This document shows, one piece after another, positions 1 through 8,734 of a stretch of DNA of 64,000 nucleotides. The position numbers and the translations under genes are program-made. How positions within the stretch are numbered: the stretch's first letter is position 1; each line of letters begins with the position of its first letter. The DNA is from Candidatus Mycalebacterium zealandia (GTDB lineage Bacteria > Desulfobacterota_D > UBA1144 > Nemesobacterales > Mycalebacteriaceae), in assembly GCA_014075295.1 (NCBI GenBank), contig CP046180.1, forward strand, positions 791,945-855,944. The letters run 5' to 3'. A model generated the notes under the pieces. That model saw nothing but the letters and a program-made list of their open reading frames with translations, was not told the DNA's origin and did not search any database.

Positions 1-62
1 CGGAATCGAACCGGGGTGTAACGGTTTTGCAGACCGTTGCCTTACCTCTTGGCTACGCCGCC
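1..62 (-). tRNA. tRNA-Cys(GCA), 3' end truncated by window edge
   Basis: Reverse complement GGCGGCGTAGCCAAGAGGTAAGGCAACGGTCTGCAAAACCGTTACACCCCGGTTCGATTCCG; anticodon loop CTGCAAA, T-loop GGTTCGA. Confidence 0.95.
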
Positions 63-81
63 GTCTCTAAAAAACCGCATT

Positions 82-110
82 AGTATCTCTTAAAAAGCCC
101 GTATTGTAAA
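82..110 (-). promoter_or_regulatory. Putative sigma70 promoter for tRNA-Cys
   Basis: TTTACA (110-105), 17-nt spacer, GATACT (87-82), about 20 nt upstream of the tRNA 5' end. Confidence 0.5.
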
Positions 111-115
111 AATTA

Positions 116-889
116 TTACAACTTGACATATCCACTCATCACCGCCTTGCCGCCTATTTTAACGCCGCCGCCGGCAACTTCCACGCGCACAATTCCGCCT
201 CTTTGTGAAAGTTGCAGACTTTTCATTTTTTTCTTTCCGGTTTTTTCAGACCAATACGGAGCAAGAGATGAATGAGCGGAGCCGGTAACAGGGTCTTCGT
301 CTATGCCCACGCTTGGAGTAAAAAAACGTAAAACAAAATCGTATCCGTCTCTTGCGGACACGCTTGTAACAATCACACCTCTGCAATCCAGATTTTTCAA
401 TTTTTCAAAGTCAGGACGAACAGCCGCCACATCGTCCTCACCCCGCAACTCAACCAGATAGTCAAAGCGTGTTTTCCCCGTATGGATAATCTCCGTGCCC
501 AAAATTTCCGAAAGCTTTTCAGGTTCAGCGCATTTTTTTGCCGCAACCAGAGGAAATTCCATTGTTATGATATCCGCTTCGGTTTCAGCGCTTAAATCGT
601 AGTTGTTTGAGGCAAACCTGATTGTTTTTCCGGTATATCCGTTTTGCCATATGGCGTGGGCGGCGGCAAGGGTCGCGTGTCCGCACAGGGCTACTTCGGT
701 TTCAGGAGTCCACCATCTTATAAAAAAATCGTCTTTTCGATTTTGCACAAAAGAGGTTTCGGAAGTCCCCACCCGCGCGGCTATCCGGAGCATTTCAGAA
801 TCCGGCGGGAAAGATTCAACAAAATACACGCCCGCGGGATTGCCAAGCAACCGGTCTTCGGCAAACGCGTTTATGACAAGAACTTCTAT
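116..889 (-). CDS. PhzF family (diaminopimelate epimerase-like) isomerase; start proposed at ATA 889 (ORF track uses TTG 850)
   Basis: Motifs GNPAGV, EVALCGHATLAAA, EDPVTGSA; family-like N-terminus (IEVLVINAFAEDRLLGNPA) continues in frame upstream of 850. Confidence 0.9.
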   Translation of the reverse strand: MEVLVINAFAEDRLLGNPAGVYFVESFPPDSEMLRIAARVGTSETSFVQNRKDDFFIRWWTPETEVALCGHATLAAAHAIWQNGYTGKTIRFASNNYDLSAETEADIITMEFPLVAAKKCAEPEKLSEILGTEIIHTGKTRFDYLVELRGEDDVAAVRPDFEKLKNLDCRGVIVTSVSARDGYDFVLRFFTPSVGIDEDPVTGSAHSSLAPYWSEKTGKKKMKSLQLSQRGGIVRVEVAGGGVKIGGKAVMSGYVKL

Positions 890-921
890 TTTGTTTCTCC
901 CCTTTTTTTGAGTTTGCCCGG

Positions 922-2124
922 TTAGTTTGCGGAAGAAGTCACCTTGCTGTCCATAAGAGTTTTGACGGCTCGCGTAATACCGCCTATTGTGAGCGGAAAC
1001 ATTCTTTCGCCCGTGAACTGGCGAAGCATGCCGATTGTCTGGGTTTCACGCCATTCATTTTTGGGAACGGGATTGAGCCAGACCGTAGTCGGATATTTGC
1101 TCTTGATGCGCTCAAGCCATGTAAAACCGGGCTCTTCGTTGTTATGTTCAACGCTTCCGTTCACATACAAAAGCTCATACGGAGACATTGAAGCGTCTCC
1201 GACTATAATCACTTTGTAGTCGCTGTTGTATTTGTTCAGAATGTCAAAAGTGGGAAGGGCCTCCTGCCAGCGACGCTCATTATTTTTCCAGACGGATTCA
1301 TAAATGCAGTTGTGAAAATAATAATACTCAAGGTGTTTAAACTCGTAGCGCGCGGCGGAAAACAATTTTGAACAAAGTTCAATGTGGTCGTCCATTGAGC
1401 CGCCGATGTCAAAAAAGATTAAAATCTTCACGTTGTTTTTTCTGTGCGGAACCATTTCAACATCAAGAAACCCCGCATTGCGCGATGTTTTTTCAATTGT
1501 CTTGTCCACGTCAAGTTCTTCGGACATCCCCTCACGCGTGAGAACGCGAAGTTTGCGAAGCGCCATTTTCATATTGCGGGTTTGCAGTTCCACAGAATCG
1601 TCAAGATCTTTGAATTCTCTCTTGTCCCAAACCTTCACCGCCCTTCTGTGCCGGCTTTCATGCTGTCCGATGCGAATGCCTTCGGGGTTGTATCCGTAAG
1701 CTCCGAACGGTGAAGTTCCACCCGTGCCAATCCATTTGCCGCCGCCCTGATGCCGTTTTTTCTGCTCTTTCATCAACTCTTTGAGCCGTTCAATAAGTTT
1801 GTCCAACCCGCCCATCGCTTTAATTTGCGCTTTCTCCTCTTCTGTCAGGGAATTTTCCATAGTCTTTCGCAACCACTCATCGGGGATGTTCATAAACTCT
1901 TTATCGTCTATGCATTCAAGCCCCTTGAAATACTGCCCGAACAGGCGGTCAAAGCGGTCCAGATTTTGTTCGTGTTTAATTAGCGCGCTACGGCTCAGGT
2001 AATAAAAATCGTCCACGCCGTGCTCAACCATTCCGCTGTCCAGAGCGTCAAGAAGCGTCAAATACTCCTTGATTGAAACCGGAATTCCAGAGTTGCGAAG
2101 ATAGAGGAAGAAGTCTAGAAACAT
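922..2124 (-). CDS. VWA-domain protein (CoxE-like partner of MoxR)
   Basis: 400 aa; MIDAS-like DIGGSMD motif, GGGKWIGTGGTSPFG segment, VIIVGDASMSPYE. Confidence 0.9.
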   Translation of the reverse strand: MFLDFFLYLRNSGIPVSIKEYLTLLDALDSGMVEHGVDDFYYLSRSALIKHEQNLDRFDRLFGQYFKGLECIDDKEFMNIPDEWLRKTMENSLTEEEKAQIKAMGGLDKLIERLKELMKEQKKRHQGGGKWIGTGGTSPFGAYGYNPEGIRIGQHESRHRRAVKVWDKREFKDLDDSVELQTRNMKMALRKLRVLTREGMSEELDVDKTIEKTSRNAGFLDVEMVPHRKNNVKILIFFDIGGSMDDHIELCSKLFSAARYEFKHLEYYYFHNCIYESVWKNNERRWQEALPTFDILNKYNSDYKVIIVGDASMSPYELLYVNGSVEHNNEEPGFTWLERIKSKYPTTVWLNPVPKNEWRETQTIGMLRQFTGERMFPLTIGGITRAVKTLMDSKVTSSAN

Positions 2125-2302
2125 TGCGGGGAAAGTATAACTGAAGCGTAATTATGATTTCCTTGACACAGTAGCATCACAATTGAAATCCGGTTATTTG
2201 CTCAAAACTAATGAATAAAAACCAACTCTTATCAAAACCCTAAAAACTAAAGATTGTATTATTCTGAAAATCAATCTCTGACCTAAATAGCGAATAATCA
2301 CC

Positions 2303-2795
2303 CTAACCCATTCGGGAGTTTTGATATTTGAGATTGGAAGGTATTTTTTGCCCCAAGTAAATTTGCCCCAAGTAAAGGATAAGATAACCGCTTCTACCGC
2401 AAGAACTTCCAAAAGTAAATGTTCCAGTAAAACAAAAGCTGTTTTCAGAAAAATCAATGTCGGGAACTGGCTCAGTCAGAGGCAAAGCACTTGATTTGAT
2501 GGCTTCTCTTTCTTGACCAACTGGTGAAAACGAATACAGCGTATTGTACAAGTCTTTCAATTCATCTTCTTCAATAACACCGTCTTCAAAGATTTCATCA
2601 ATTTTTTCCTTTAACTGTGAAATTAAAGGATTCTCTTCGTAACCTCTTGTTGTATAAAGCCAAGTTTCTACAAATTTTACTTTTTCTTCATCTACAAAGC
2701 CGTTGGCAATAATCCCTTTACACAGACCTATTAACTCACTTTCGTTTGCTTCTGCAATTTTCTTTTTGTTGTAGACAGCACCCTTTTTTTCTCAT
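2303..2795 (-). pseudogene. Frameshifted and truncated BRCT-domain-family protein relic
   Basis: ATG at 2795 is out of frame by one base in an A7 run (2790-2784). The long frame reads ELIGLCKGIIANGFVDEKEVKFVETWL...DGVIEEDELKDL...LPLTEPVPDIDFSENSFCFTGTFTFG and then loses similarity, stopping at 2303. AT-rich. Confidence 0.7.
2347..2376. repeat. Perfect 15-bp tandem duplication
   Basis: TTTGCCCCAAGTAAA at 2347-2361 and 2362-2376. Confidence 0.95.
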
Positions 2796-2806
2796 AAGTC
2801 ACTTCA

Positions 2807-3658
2807 TCACCTCTTCATCCGATACCGCAACACATTCAGCATCTCATAATCCTGTTCATTTTTGATGAGCGCGCCCGCATATGGCGGATCCTCTTCGGCG
2901 AGGTCAAACTTTTCAAGTTCGCTTGAGGCGATTTTTCCGGCGGTAAGGAGTTTTATCCAATCAATCAATTCGGATGTTGACGGCTTTTTCTTCAACCCTT
3001 CTATTTCGCGCAATGAGTAGAAAATCGTGAGCGCATTGTCCAGTAGTTTTTTCTCAAGCCCCGGATGGTGAACGTCAACAATCGCTTTGAGCGTTTCAAT
3101 TTCGGGAAACGTTATGTAGTGGAAAAAACAACGCCGCAGAAAGGCGTCCGGAAGCTCTTTTTCATTGTTGGAAGTGATGATGACAATCGGACGTTTTTTC
3201 GCCTTCACGGTTTTCTGCAACTCGTAGCAATAAAACTCCATTTTGTCCAATTCCAGAAGTAGGTCGTTGGGGAACTCAATATCAGCTTTGTCTATCTCGT
3301 CTATGAGAAGCACGGACTGTTCTTTAGACTCAAACGCGTCCCACAGTTTGCCCTTGTTGATGTAGTTTGAGATGTCTTTGACTTTCTCATCTCCAAGCTG
3401 TGAATCGCGCAAACGGGCGACTGCGTCATACTCATAAAGCCCCTGCTGAGCCGTGGTTGTGGATTTGATGTGCCATGTGATGAGGTCTTTGCCAAGCGCT
3501 TTGGAGACTTCAAACGCGAGCATGGTTTTGCCTGTTCCCGGCTCGCCTTTGATAATAAGCGGACGCTCAAGCGTTATGGAAGCGTTGACGGCAAGAATAA
3601 GGTCTCTTGTCGCAACATACTGTTCCGTTCCCTGAAATTCTTTTTTGTTCTGAGCCAT
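2807..3658 (-). CDS. MoxR-family AAA+ ATPase (CoxD-like)
   Basis: Walker A GEPGTGKT, Walker B LLIDEIDKA, ITSNNEKELPDAFLRRC; start taken at ATG 3658 (MAQNKKEF). Confidence 0.92.
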   Translation of the reverse strand: MAQNKKEFQGTEQYVATRDLILAVNASITLERPLIIKGEPGTGKTMLAFEVSKALGKDLITWHIKSTTTAQQGLYEYDAVARLRDSQLGDEKVKDISNYINKGKLWDAFESKEQSVLLIDEIDKADIEFPNDLLLELDKMEFYCYELQKTVKAKKRPIVIITSNNEKELPDAFLRRCFFHYITFPEIETLKAIVDVHHPGLEKKLLDNALTIFYSLREIEGLKKKPSTSELIDWIKLLTAGKIASSELEKFDLAEEDPPYAGALIKNEQDYEMLNVLRYRMKR

Positions 3659-3701
3659 AAAATAAAAAATACTTGTGCCGGAGCGGGTTATCAACCCGTC
3701 C

Positions 3702-4196
3702 CTACGACCACGGCTCTTTGTAGTAATAGACAAAATTGGCGACTTTCGGCCGCTCCGTCCAGCCCATTTTTTTGTAAAATCCTCTTTTGTAGGACGGTTT
3801 TTCCTTTCCGTTCGTTACCATAAGGCGGAAACAATCCCTTTTTTTGCCTTCTTTCATAACCGCGCTCAAAAGCAAACTTCCCGCTCCCATTCCAGCCGCC
3901 GAAGGGCTTACGAACATATCCGAAACATATCCTTCGGTTCCCGCGAGCATAATGAACGGAACCCAGTGAACATTGACAAAACCCGCGACCTTGCCATTTT
4001 TATTTTCGGCGACCAGAACCGTGTGCCCTTTCGGGTTTTTAAGCGATTCCCTTATGAGTTCCTCCACCGGTTCGGCAATTTCACCGACAGGCAACGCGTT
4101 TCTTTTTTCAGACCAACCGATGTCTTTGAGGATTTGCGCCATTGCTTCAGCATCTTCTGTTTTTGCCTTGCGGACGGCAAGCAGTTTTTCAGTCAT
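3702..4196 (-). CDS. GNAT family N-acetyltransferase
   Basis: Motif A variant MFVSPSAAGMGAGSLLL; 164 aa; ATGA overlap with upstream gene. Confidence 0.85.
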   Translation of the reverse strand: MTEKLLAVRKAKTEDAEAMAQILKDIGWSEKRNALPVGEIAEPVEELIRESLKNPKGHTVLVAENKNGKVAGFVNVHWVPFIMLAGTEGYVSDMFVSPSAAGMGAGSLLLSAVMKEGKKRDCFRLMVTNGKEKPSYKRGFYKKMGWTERPKVANFVYYYKEPWS

Positions 4197-4966
4197 TGCT
4201 TTCTTCCTTTTTTCAAGGTCTCAAGCAGTCCTTCCAACTTTCCAACCGTTTCAGTGGAGGAAAGTTTTCCCGCAAGAGTTTTTGAATCCTCGTCGGCAAA
4301 CGCTTTTTTGATTGCTTCGGATATTTTTCCGTTTCGCGCTTTTTTTCGGTTGGAAAAATCACCCGAATTCAACTTTTGAGCCTCTTCCACCGCTCTTAAA
4401 ATTAATGTCTCGGGCTCCGCCACACAGTTAACAAGTCCATTTTCAAGCGCTTTTTCAACGCTGTGAAGTTTGCCCTCGCCAATAATTTTTCCGCCCTCTT
4501 TCTCTCCCAGAACCCCTTCAACAAGGGCGGTGAGAGAATGCGGCATGGGAAAGCCGATTGAGGTTTCGTTCAAGCCCAAAAGTGTTTTCCCCTTCCCGGC
4601 AATTCGCGTATCGCAACACAGCGCAAGTATGCATCCTCCGGCAATAGAGTGCCCGCCAATTGCCGCCACAACCGGCGCAGGATAGTCAAAAACGGCCAGC
4701 ATCGCGTTCAAAAACTCCTCAAACCAGCGGTCAATTTCGGTTTTGCCTCCTCTTTTAAAAAGAGAAACACAATGTTCAAGATCAAGGCCCGGAGAAAACA
4801 TCTTTCCACCCGAACAAAGAACAACGGGCTTTTCAGGACTGGTTTGTTTCAGTGATAAAAAAGCGGAATTGAGGTCGGCAAAAAAATCGTCGTTCATTGT
4901 CCCGACCGAATTGGAATTCATCGTTACAATCGCCGTGTTTTCTCTGCTTTCAATATCCCAGGACAC
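4193..4966 (-). CDS. Enoyl-CoA hydratase/isomerase (crotonase) family
   Basis: FSPGLDL oxyanion segment, [30 protein letters not shown]; GTG start. Confidence 0.88.
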   Translation of the reverse strand: MSWDIESRENTAIVTMNSNSVGTMNDDFFADLNSAFLSLKQTSPEKPVVLCSGGKMFSPGLDLEHCVSLFKRGGKTEIDRWFEEFLNAMLAVFDYPAPVVAAIGGHSIAGGCILALCCDTRIAGKGKTLLGLNETSIGFPMPHSLTALVEGVLGEKEGGKIIGEGKLHSVEKALENGLVNCVAEPETLILRAVEEAQKLNSGDFSNRKKARNGKISEAIKKAFADEDSKTLAGKLSSTETVGKLEGLLETLKKGRKQ

Positions 4967-5066
4967 CGCGAGCGGGAAACTAACAGACTGCCGCTACATA
5001 CGCAAGACGGAAATGACACACAGGCAACTGATGGGTATAATCTCAAAACGGTTTTTTTCCGCGCAA

Positions 5067-7292
5067 ATGCCGAAATCCTCAGACAAACCCGAATACCGGA
5101 ACGGACTTGCCGCCGCCCTTGAGCACGGACTTTCAGAACCCGAATACTTGCTTATCAAAGAACAACTCGGCAGAGAGCCAAACACGGTTGAGATTGGTAT
5201 TCTCGGCGCGATGTGGTCCGAGCACTGCTCATACAAACATTCAAAAATTCATCTGCGCAAATTTCCAACAAAAGGGAAAGCGGTTATTCACGGGCCCGGC
5301 GAAAATGCCGGAGTGATGGACATTGGGGATGGCGATTGCGTTGTTTTCAAAATGGAAAGCCATAATCACCCCTCTTTTATTGAGCCATATCAGGGCGCTG
5401 CGACCGGGGTCGGAGGAATTTTGCGAGATGTTTTCACAATGGGAGCGCGCCCCGTTGCTATTCTTAACTCTTTGAGGTTCGGCAATCCGCAATCTGAAAA
5501 AACCAAATTTCTTGTTGAAGGCGTTGTGTCCGGAATAGCGGGATATGGAAACTGCGTTGGCGTGCCGACAGTGGGCGGCGAGGTGGATTTTGATGATTGT
5601 TATAATGGAAATCCCATTGTTAACGTTTTCGCGGTCGGCATAGCAAAAAAAGACGGCATTTTTACCGGACACGCCAGCGGAGTTGGAAACCCCGTTGTTT
5701 ATGTCGGTTCCAAGACCGGCAAGGACGGAATCAAAGGCGCGGTTATGGCTTCCGATGTTTTTGACAATGAGTCCTCCGGTGAGCGCCCCACCGTTCAGAT
5801 AGGAGATCCCTTCACGGAAAAACTTCTTATTGAGAGCTGTCTTGAACTTTTCAAACTGGACGCCGTAATTGGCATACAGGATATGGGCGCGGCGGGGCTG
5901 ACTTCGTCTTCGGCGGAAATGGCAAGCCGTGGCGGAAACGGCATTAAACTTGAATGTGAAAAAATTCCCCTGCGCGAAAAAGCAATGACACCTTATGAAA
6001 TTATGCTTTCGGAATCTCAGGAGCGGATGCTTATGGTGCTTAAAAAAGGAAAGGAAAATCAGGCCCGCAAAGTGTTTGAAAAATGGGGACTTGATTTTTC
6101 CGTCATCGGAGAGGTGAATGGCGAAAAAAACCTCACTCTTATGGAAAACGGGAAAACCGTGGGCGAAATTCCCATTGATTTGATAATCGAACCGCCCGAA
6201 TACGACAGCCCCGTAAAAACTCCCGCTTCCTTCCCCGCTCCGACTCCGCTCCGCAAGGGAGGAGAAAAGGACAGTTTTTTGAAAATTCTCTCCTCACCTT
6301 TCTGCGCAAGCAAACACTGGATTTACCGGCAGTATGATTACATGGTGGGCGCCAATACCGCCGAGGCTCCGGGTTCCGACTGCTCTCTTATTCTGGTGGA
6401 CGGAACTTCAAAAGCGCTCGCCCTTTCCGCCGACTGCAACTCCCGTTATTGCATGCTTAATCCCAGAGAAGGTGCGAAGGCGGCGGTCGCCGAAAGCGCC
6501 AGAAACATAGCGTGCTCCGGCGCAAAACCTCTTGGAATTACGGACTGCCTGAATTTCGGAAACCCCGAAAACCCTGAAATTATGTGGCAATTCAAAGAAG
6601 CCATTGAAGGCATCTCGGAGGCGGCAAAACATTTTTCAACTCCGGTTGTCAGCGGAAATGTGAGCCTTTATAACGAAACGGCGGGTGTTTCAATAAATCC
6701 CACTCCGGTTGTTGGAATGGTCGGGCTGTTGGAGAATGTTTCAAAAGCGGTTGGTCAGTATTTTATGAATGAGGGAGACATGATTTTCATCGCTGGCGAC
6801 ACCTTTGAAGAGATGGGCGGCAGCCTCTATTCCGCTCTTATTCAAGGTAAAACCACCGGAGAGCCGCCTGTGGTCAATCTGGAGTCTGAAAGCCGTCTTG
6901 TATCGGCTTTGATTGAAGCGGCGAACAAGTGTATAATCAATTCCGCTCATGACATTTCCGAGGGAGGATTAGCGGTGGCGCTCGCAGAGAGTTGTTTTTC
7001 TCCGCAGAGTCGAGTGGCGGGTTTCTCCGTCTCTACGGGAATGCTTAACCCCGAAATTCAAAACGGCAACGCGATTCTTTTTTCCGAAACTCAGGCGCGC
7101 GCGATTATTTCCACGAGTCCTGAAAACGAGGAAAAAATCAGCAAAGTTTTCAAATCTCACAAAGTTACTCTGAAAAAAATTGGAAATGTAACTACGAACA
7201 ATGTTATGGAATTTAAAGATGTTTTTAAAACCAGTGCCGATGAGGCTATGAAACTCTGGCTTGAAGGGTTTGAAAAAAACGTGATTTTATAA
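5067..7292 (+). CDS. purL: Phosphoribosylformylglycinamidine synthase subunit PurL (small form)
   Basis: [46 protein letters not shown]; start taken at ATG 5067 (741 aa). Confidence 0.97.
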   Translation: MPKSSDKPEYRNGLAAALEHGLSEPEYLLIKEQLGREPNTVEIGILGAMWSEHCSYKHSKIHLRKFPTKGKAVIHGPGENAGVMDIGDGDCVVFKMESHNHPSFIEPYQGAATGVGGILRDVFTMGARPVAILNSLRFGNPQSEKTKFLVEGVVSGIAGYGNCVGVPTVGGEVDFDDCYNGNPIVNVFAVGIAKKDGIFTGHASGVGNPVVYVGSKTGKDGIKGAVMASDVFDNESSGERPTVQIGDPFTEKLLIESCLELFKLDAVIGIQDMGAAGLTSSSAEMASRGGNGIKLECEKIPLREKAMTPYEIMLSESQERMLMVLKKGKENQARKVFEKWGLDFSVIGEVNGEKNLTLMENGKTVGEIPIDLIIEPPEYDSPVKTPASFPAPTPLRKGGEKDSFLKILSSPFCASKHWIYRQYDYMVGANTAEAPGSDCSLILVDGTSKALALSADCNSRYCMLNPREGAKAAVAESARNIACSGAKPLGITDCLNFGNPENPEIMWQFKEAIEGISEAAKHFSTPVVSGNVSLYNETAGVSINPTPVVGMVGLLENVSKAVGQYFMNEGDMIFIAGDTFEEMGGSLYSALIQGKTTGEPPVVNLESESRLVSALIEAANKCIINSAHDISEGGLAVALAESCFSPQSRVAGFSVSTGMLNPEIQNGNAILFSETQARAIISTSPENEEKISKVFKSHKVTLKKIGNVTTNNVMEFKDVFKTSADEAMKLWLEGFEKNVIL

Positions 7293-7298
7293 AAAATT

Positions 7299-8723
7299 AT
7301 GATGTCTCAACTGAAAGAAGAATGCGGAGTTTTCGGGATTTTCAATCATGCCGAAGCCTCCAATCTGGCGTATCTCGGTCTGCATTCCCTTCAGCACAGA
7401 GGGCAAGAAAGCGCGGGAATTACCACCTCGGACGGCAAAAGACTTCACAGAAAGCGTGCGATGGGGCTGGTCGCGGATATTTTTGACGAGGAATCGCTCA
7501 AAAAACTTTCTGGCACAACCGCTATTGGACACGTTCGCTATTCAACTTCGGGTTCAAGCACTCTGAACAATATACAGCCGATTGTCATAACGAGAGCCGG
7601 GGCTGAAATGGCAATTGCGCATAACGGCAATCTTACAAACGCGCTGACTCTTCGACACCGGCTTGAAAACGAAGGTGCGATTTTTCAGTCCACTGCTGAC
7701 ACCGAAGTGGTTGTCCACCTAATGGCAAGATCTCCAAAACAGGACCTCGCCGGCAGAATCATCTATGCCCTTTCTTTATGCAAAGGCGCATATTCAATGG
7801 TTTTTCTGGATTCAAACAAACTTGTCGCCGCGAGAGACCCTTACGGATTCAGACCTCTTGTGCTTGGCAAACTGGGTGACGGATGCCATGTTGTCGCGTC
7901 GGAAACCTGCGCCTTTGATTTAATAGAAGCTCAATACGTGAGAGAGATAGAACCCGGTGAAATCGTCATTATTGACGAAGAAGGAATTCAATCACTCAAA
8001 CCGTTCCCGAAAAAACCGCCCGCAACCTGTGTTTTTGAATACATATATTTTTCCCGCCCCGACAGTTCGATGAACGGGCGCAGCACTTATCTGGTGCGAA
8101 AGGAGTTAGGCAAAAGGCTTGCCGTTGAGCACCCCGCCAAGGCGGATATTGTTATCGCCGTTCCCGATTCGGGCGTTCCCGCCGCAATGGGTTACTCCGA
8201 GCAACTCGGCATTCCCCTTGAAATGGGATTTTTGAGAAGCCACTATGTCGGCAGAACATTTATTGAGCCGGAACAATCAATCAGAAATTTCGGCGTAAAA
8301 CTCAAACTCAGCGCCGTTAGAGAGGTGATAAAGAACAAAAGGGTTGTGGTGGTGGATGATTCAATCGTTAGAGGAACCACAAGCAGGAAGATAGTGAAAA
8401 TGCTCAAGGGAGCCAAGGCAAAAGAGGTCCACGTGAGAATATGTGCGCCACCGATGAAGTTTTCTTGTTATTACGGGATAGACACGCCTAACAAGGACAA
8501 ACTGATAGCAAACTCGTTGGATATTGAAGAAATAAAAAAATATATAACCGCGGATTCTCTCGGGTATTTAAGCAGAGACGGGATAGATATAGCAATCCAA
8601 AACTACTCTCCCTTCAATACAAAAAAAGAAGGATATTGCTACGCCTGTTTTACGGGAGATTACAAGGTGGAAATAGACGATTTGAAATTGTCTCCCACGC
8701 AGATGAACCTTTTCCCTGAGTAA
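7299..8723 (+). CDS. purF: Amidophosphoribosyltransferase (Bacillus-type, propeptide and Fe-S cysteines)
   Basis: EECGVFG, LQHRGQE, CVFEYIYF, VVVDDSIVRGTT, CYACFTG. Confidence 0.97.
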   Translation: MMSQLKEECGVFGIFNHAEASNLAYLGLHSLQHRGQESAGITTSDGKRLHRKRAMGLVADIFDEESLKKLSGTTAIGHVRYSTSGSSTLNNIQPIVITRAGAEMAIAHNGNLTNALTLRHRLENEGAIFQSTADTEVVVHLMARSPKQDLAGRIIYALSLCKGAYSMVFLDSNKLVAARDPYGFRPLVLGKLGDGCHVVASETCAFDLIEAQYVREIEPGEIVIIDEEGIQSLKPFPKKPPATCVFEYIYFSRPDSSMNGRSTYLVRKELGKRLAVEHPAKADIVIAVPDSGVPAAMGYSEQLGIPLEMGFLRSHYVGRTFIEPEQSIRNFGVKLKLSAVREVIKNKRVVVVDDSIVRGTTSRKIVKMLKGAKAKEVHVRICAPPMKFSCYYGIDTPNKDKLIANSLDIEEIKKYITADSLGYLSRDGIDIAIQNYSPFNTKKEGYCYACFTGDYKVEIDDLKLSPTQMNLFPE

Positions 8724-8734
8724 TAGTGGATTCT

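Noticed and set aside
1-62. tRNA-Cys as a possible integration site
   Set aside because: The 3' end and downstream DNA are outside the window; no integrase or att duplicate was seen.
3675-4379. 234-aa + strand ORF opposite the GNAT and crotonase genes (likewise 58010-58651 and other long antisense ORFs)
   Set aside because: Fully overlaps well-supported genes on the other strand and encodes no recognisable domain.
4743-5066. 108-codon N-terminal extension of purL, or a purine/ZTP riboswitch upstream
   Set aside because: The extension overlaps the divergent crotonase gene. TATAAT at 5036-5041 supports the 5067 start, and no riboswitch consensus is visible.
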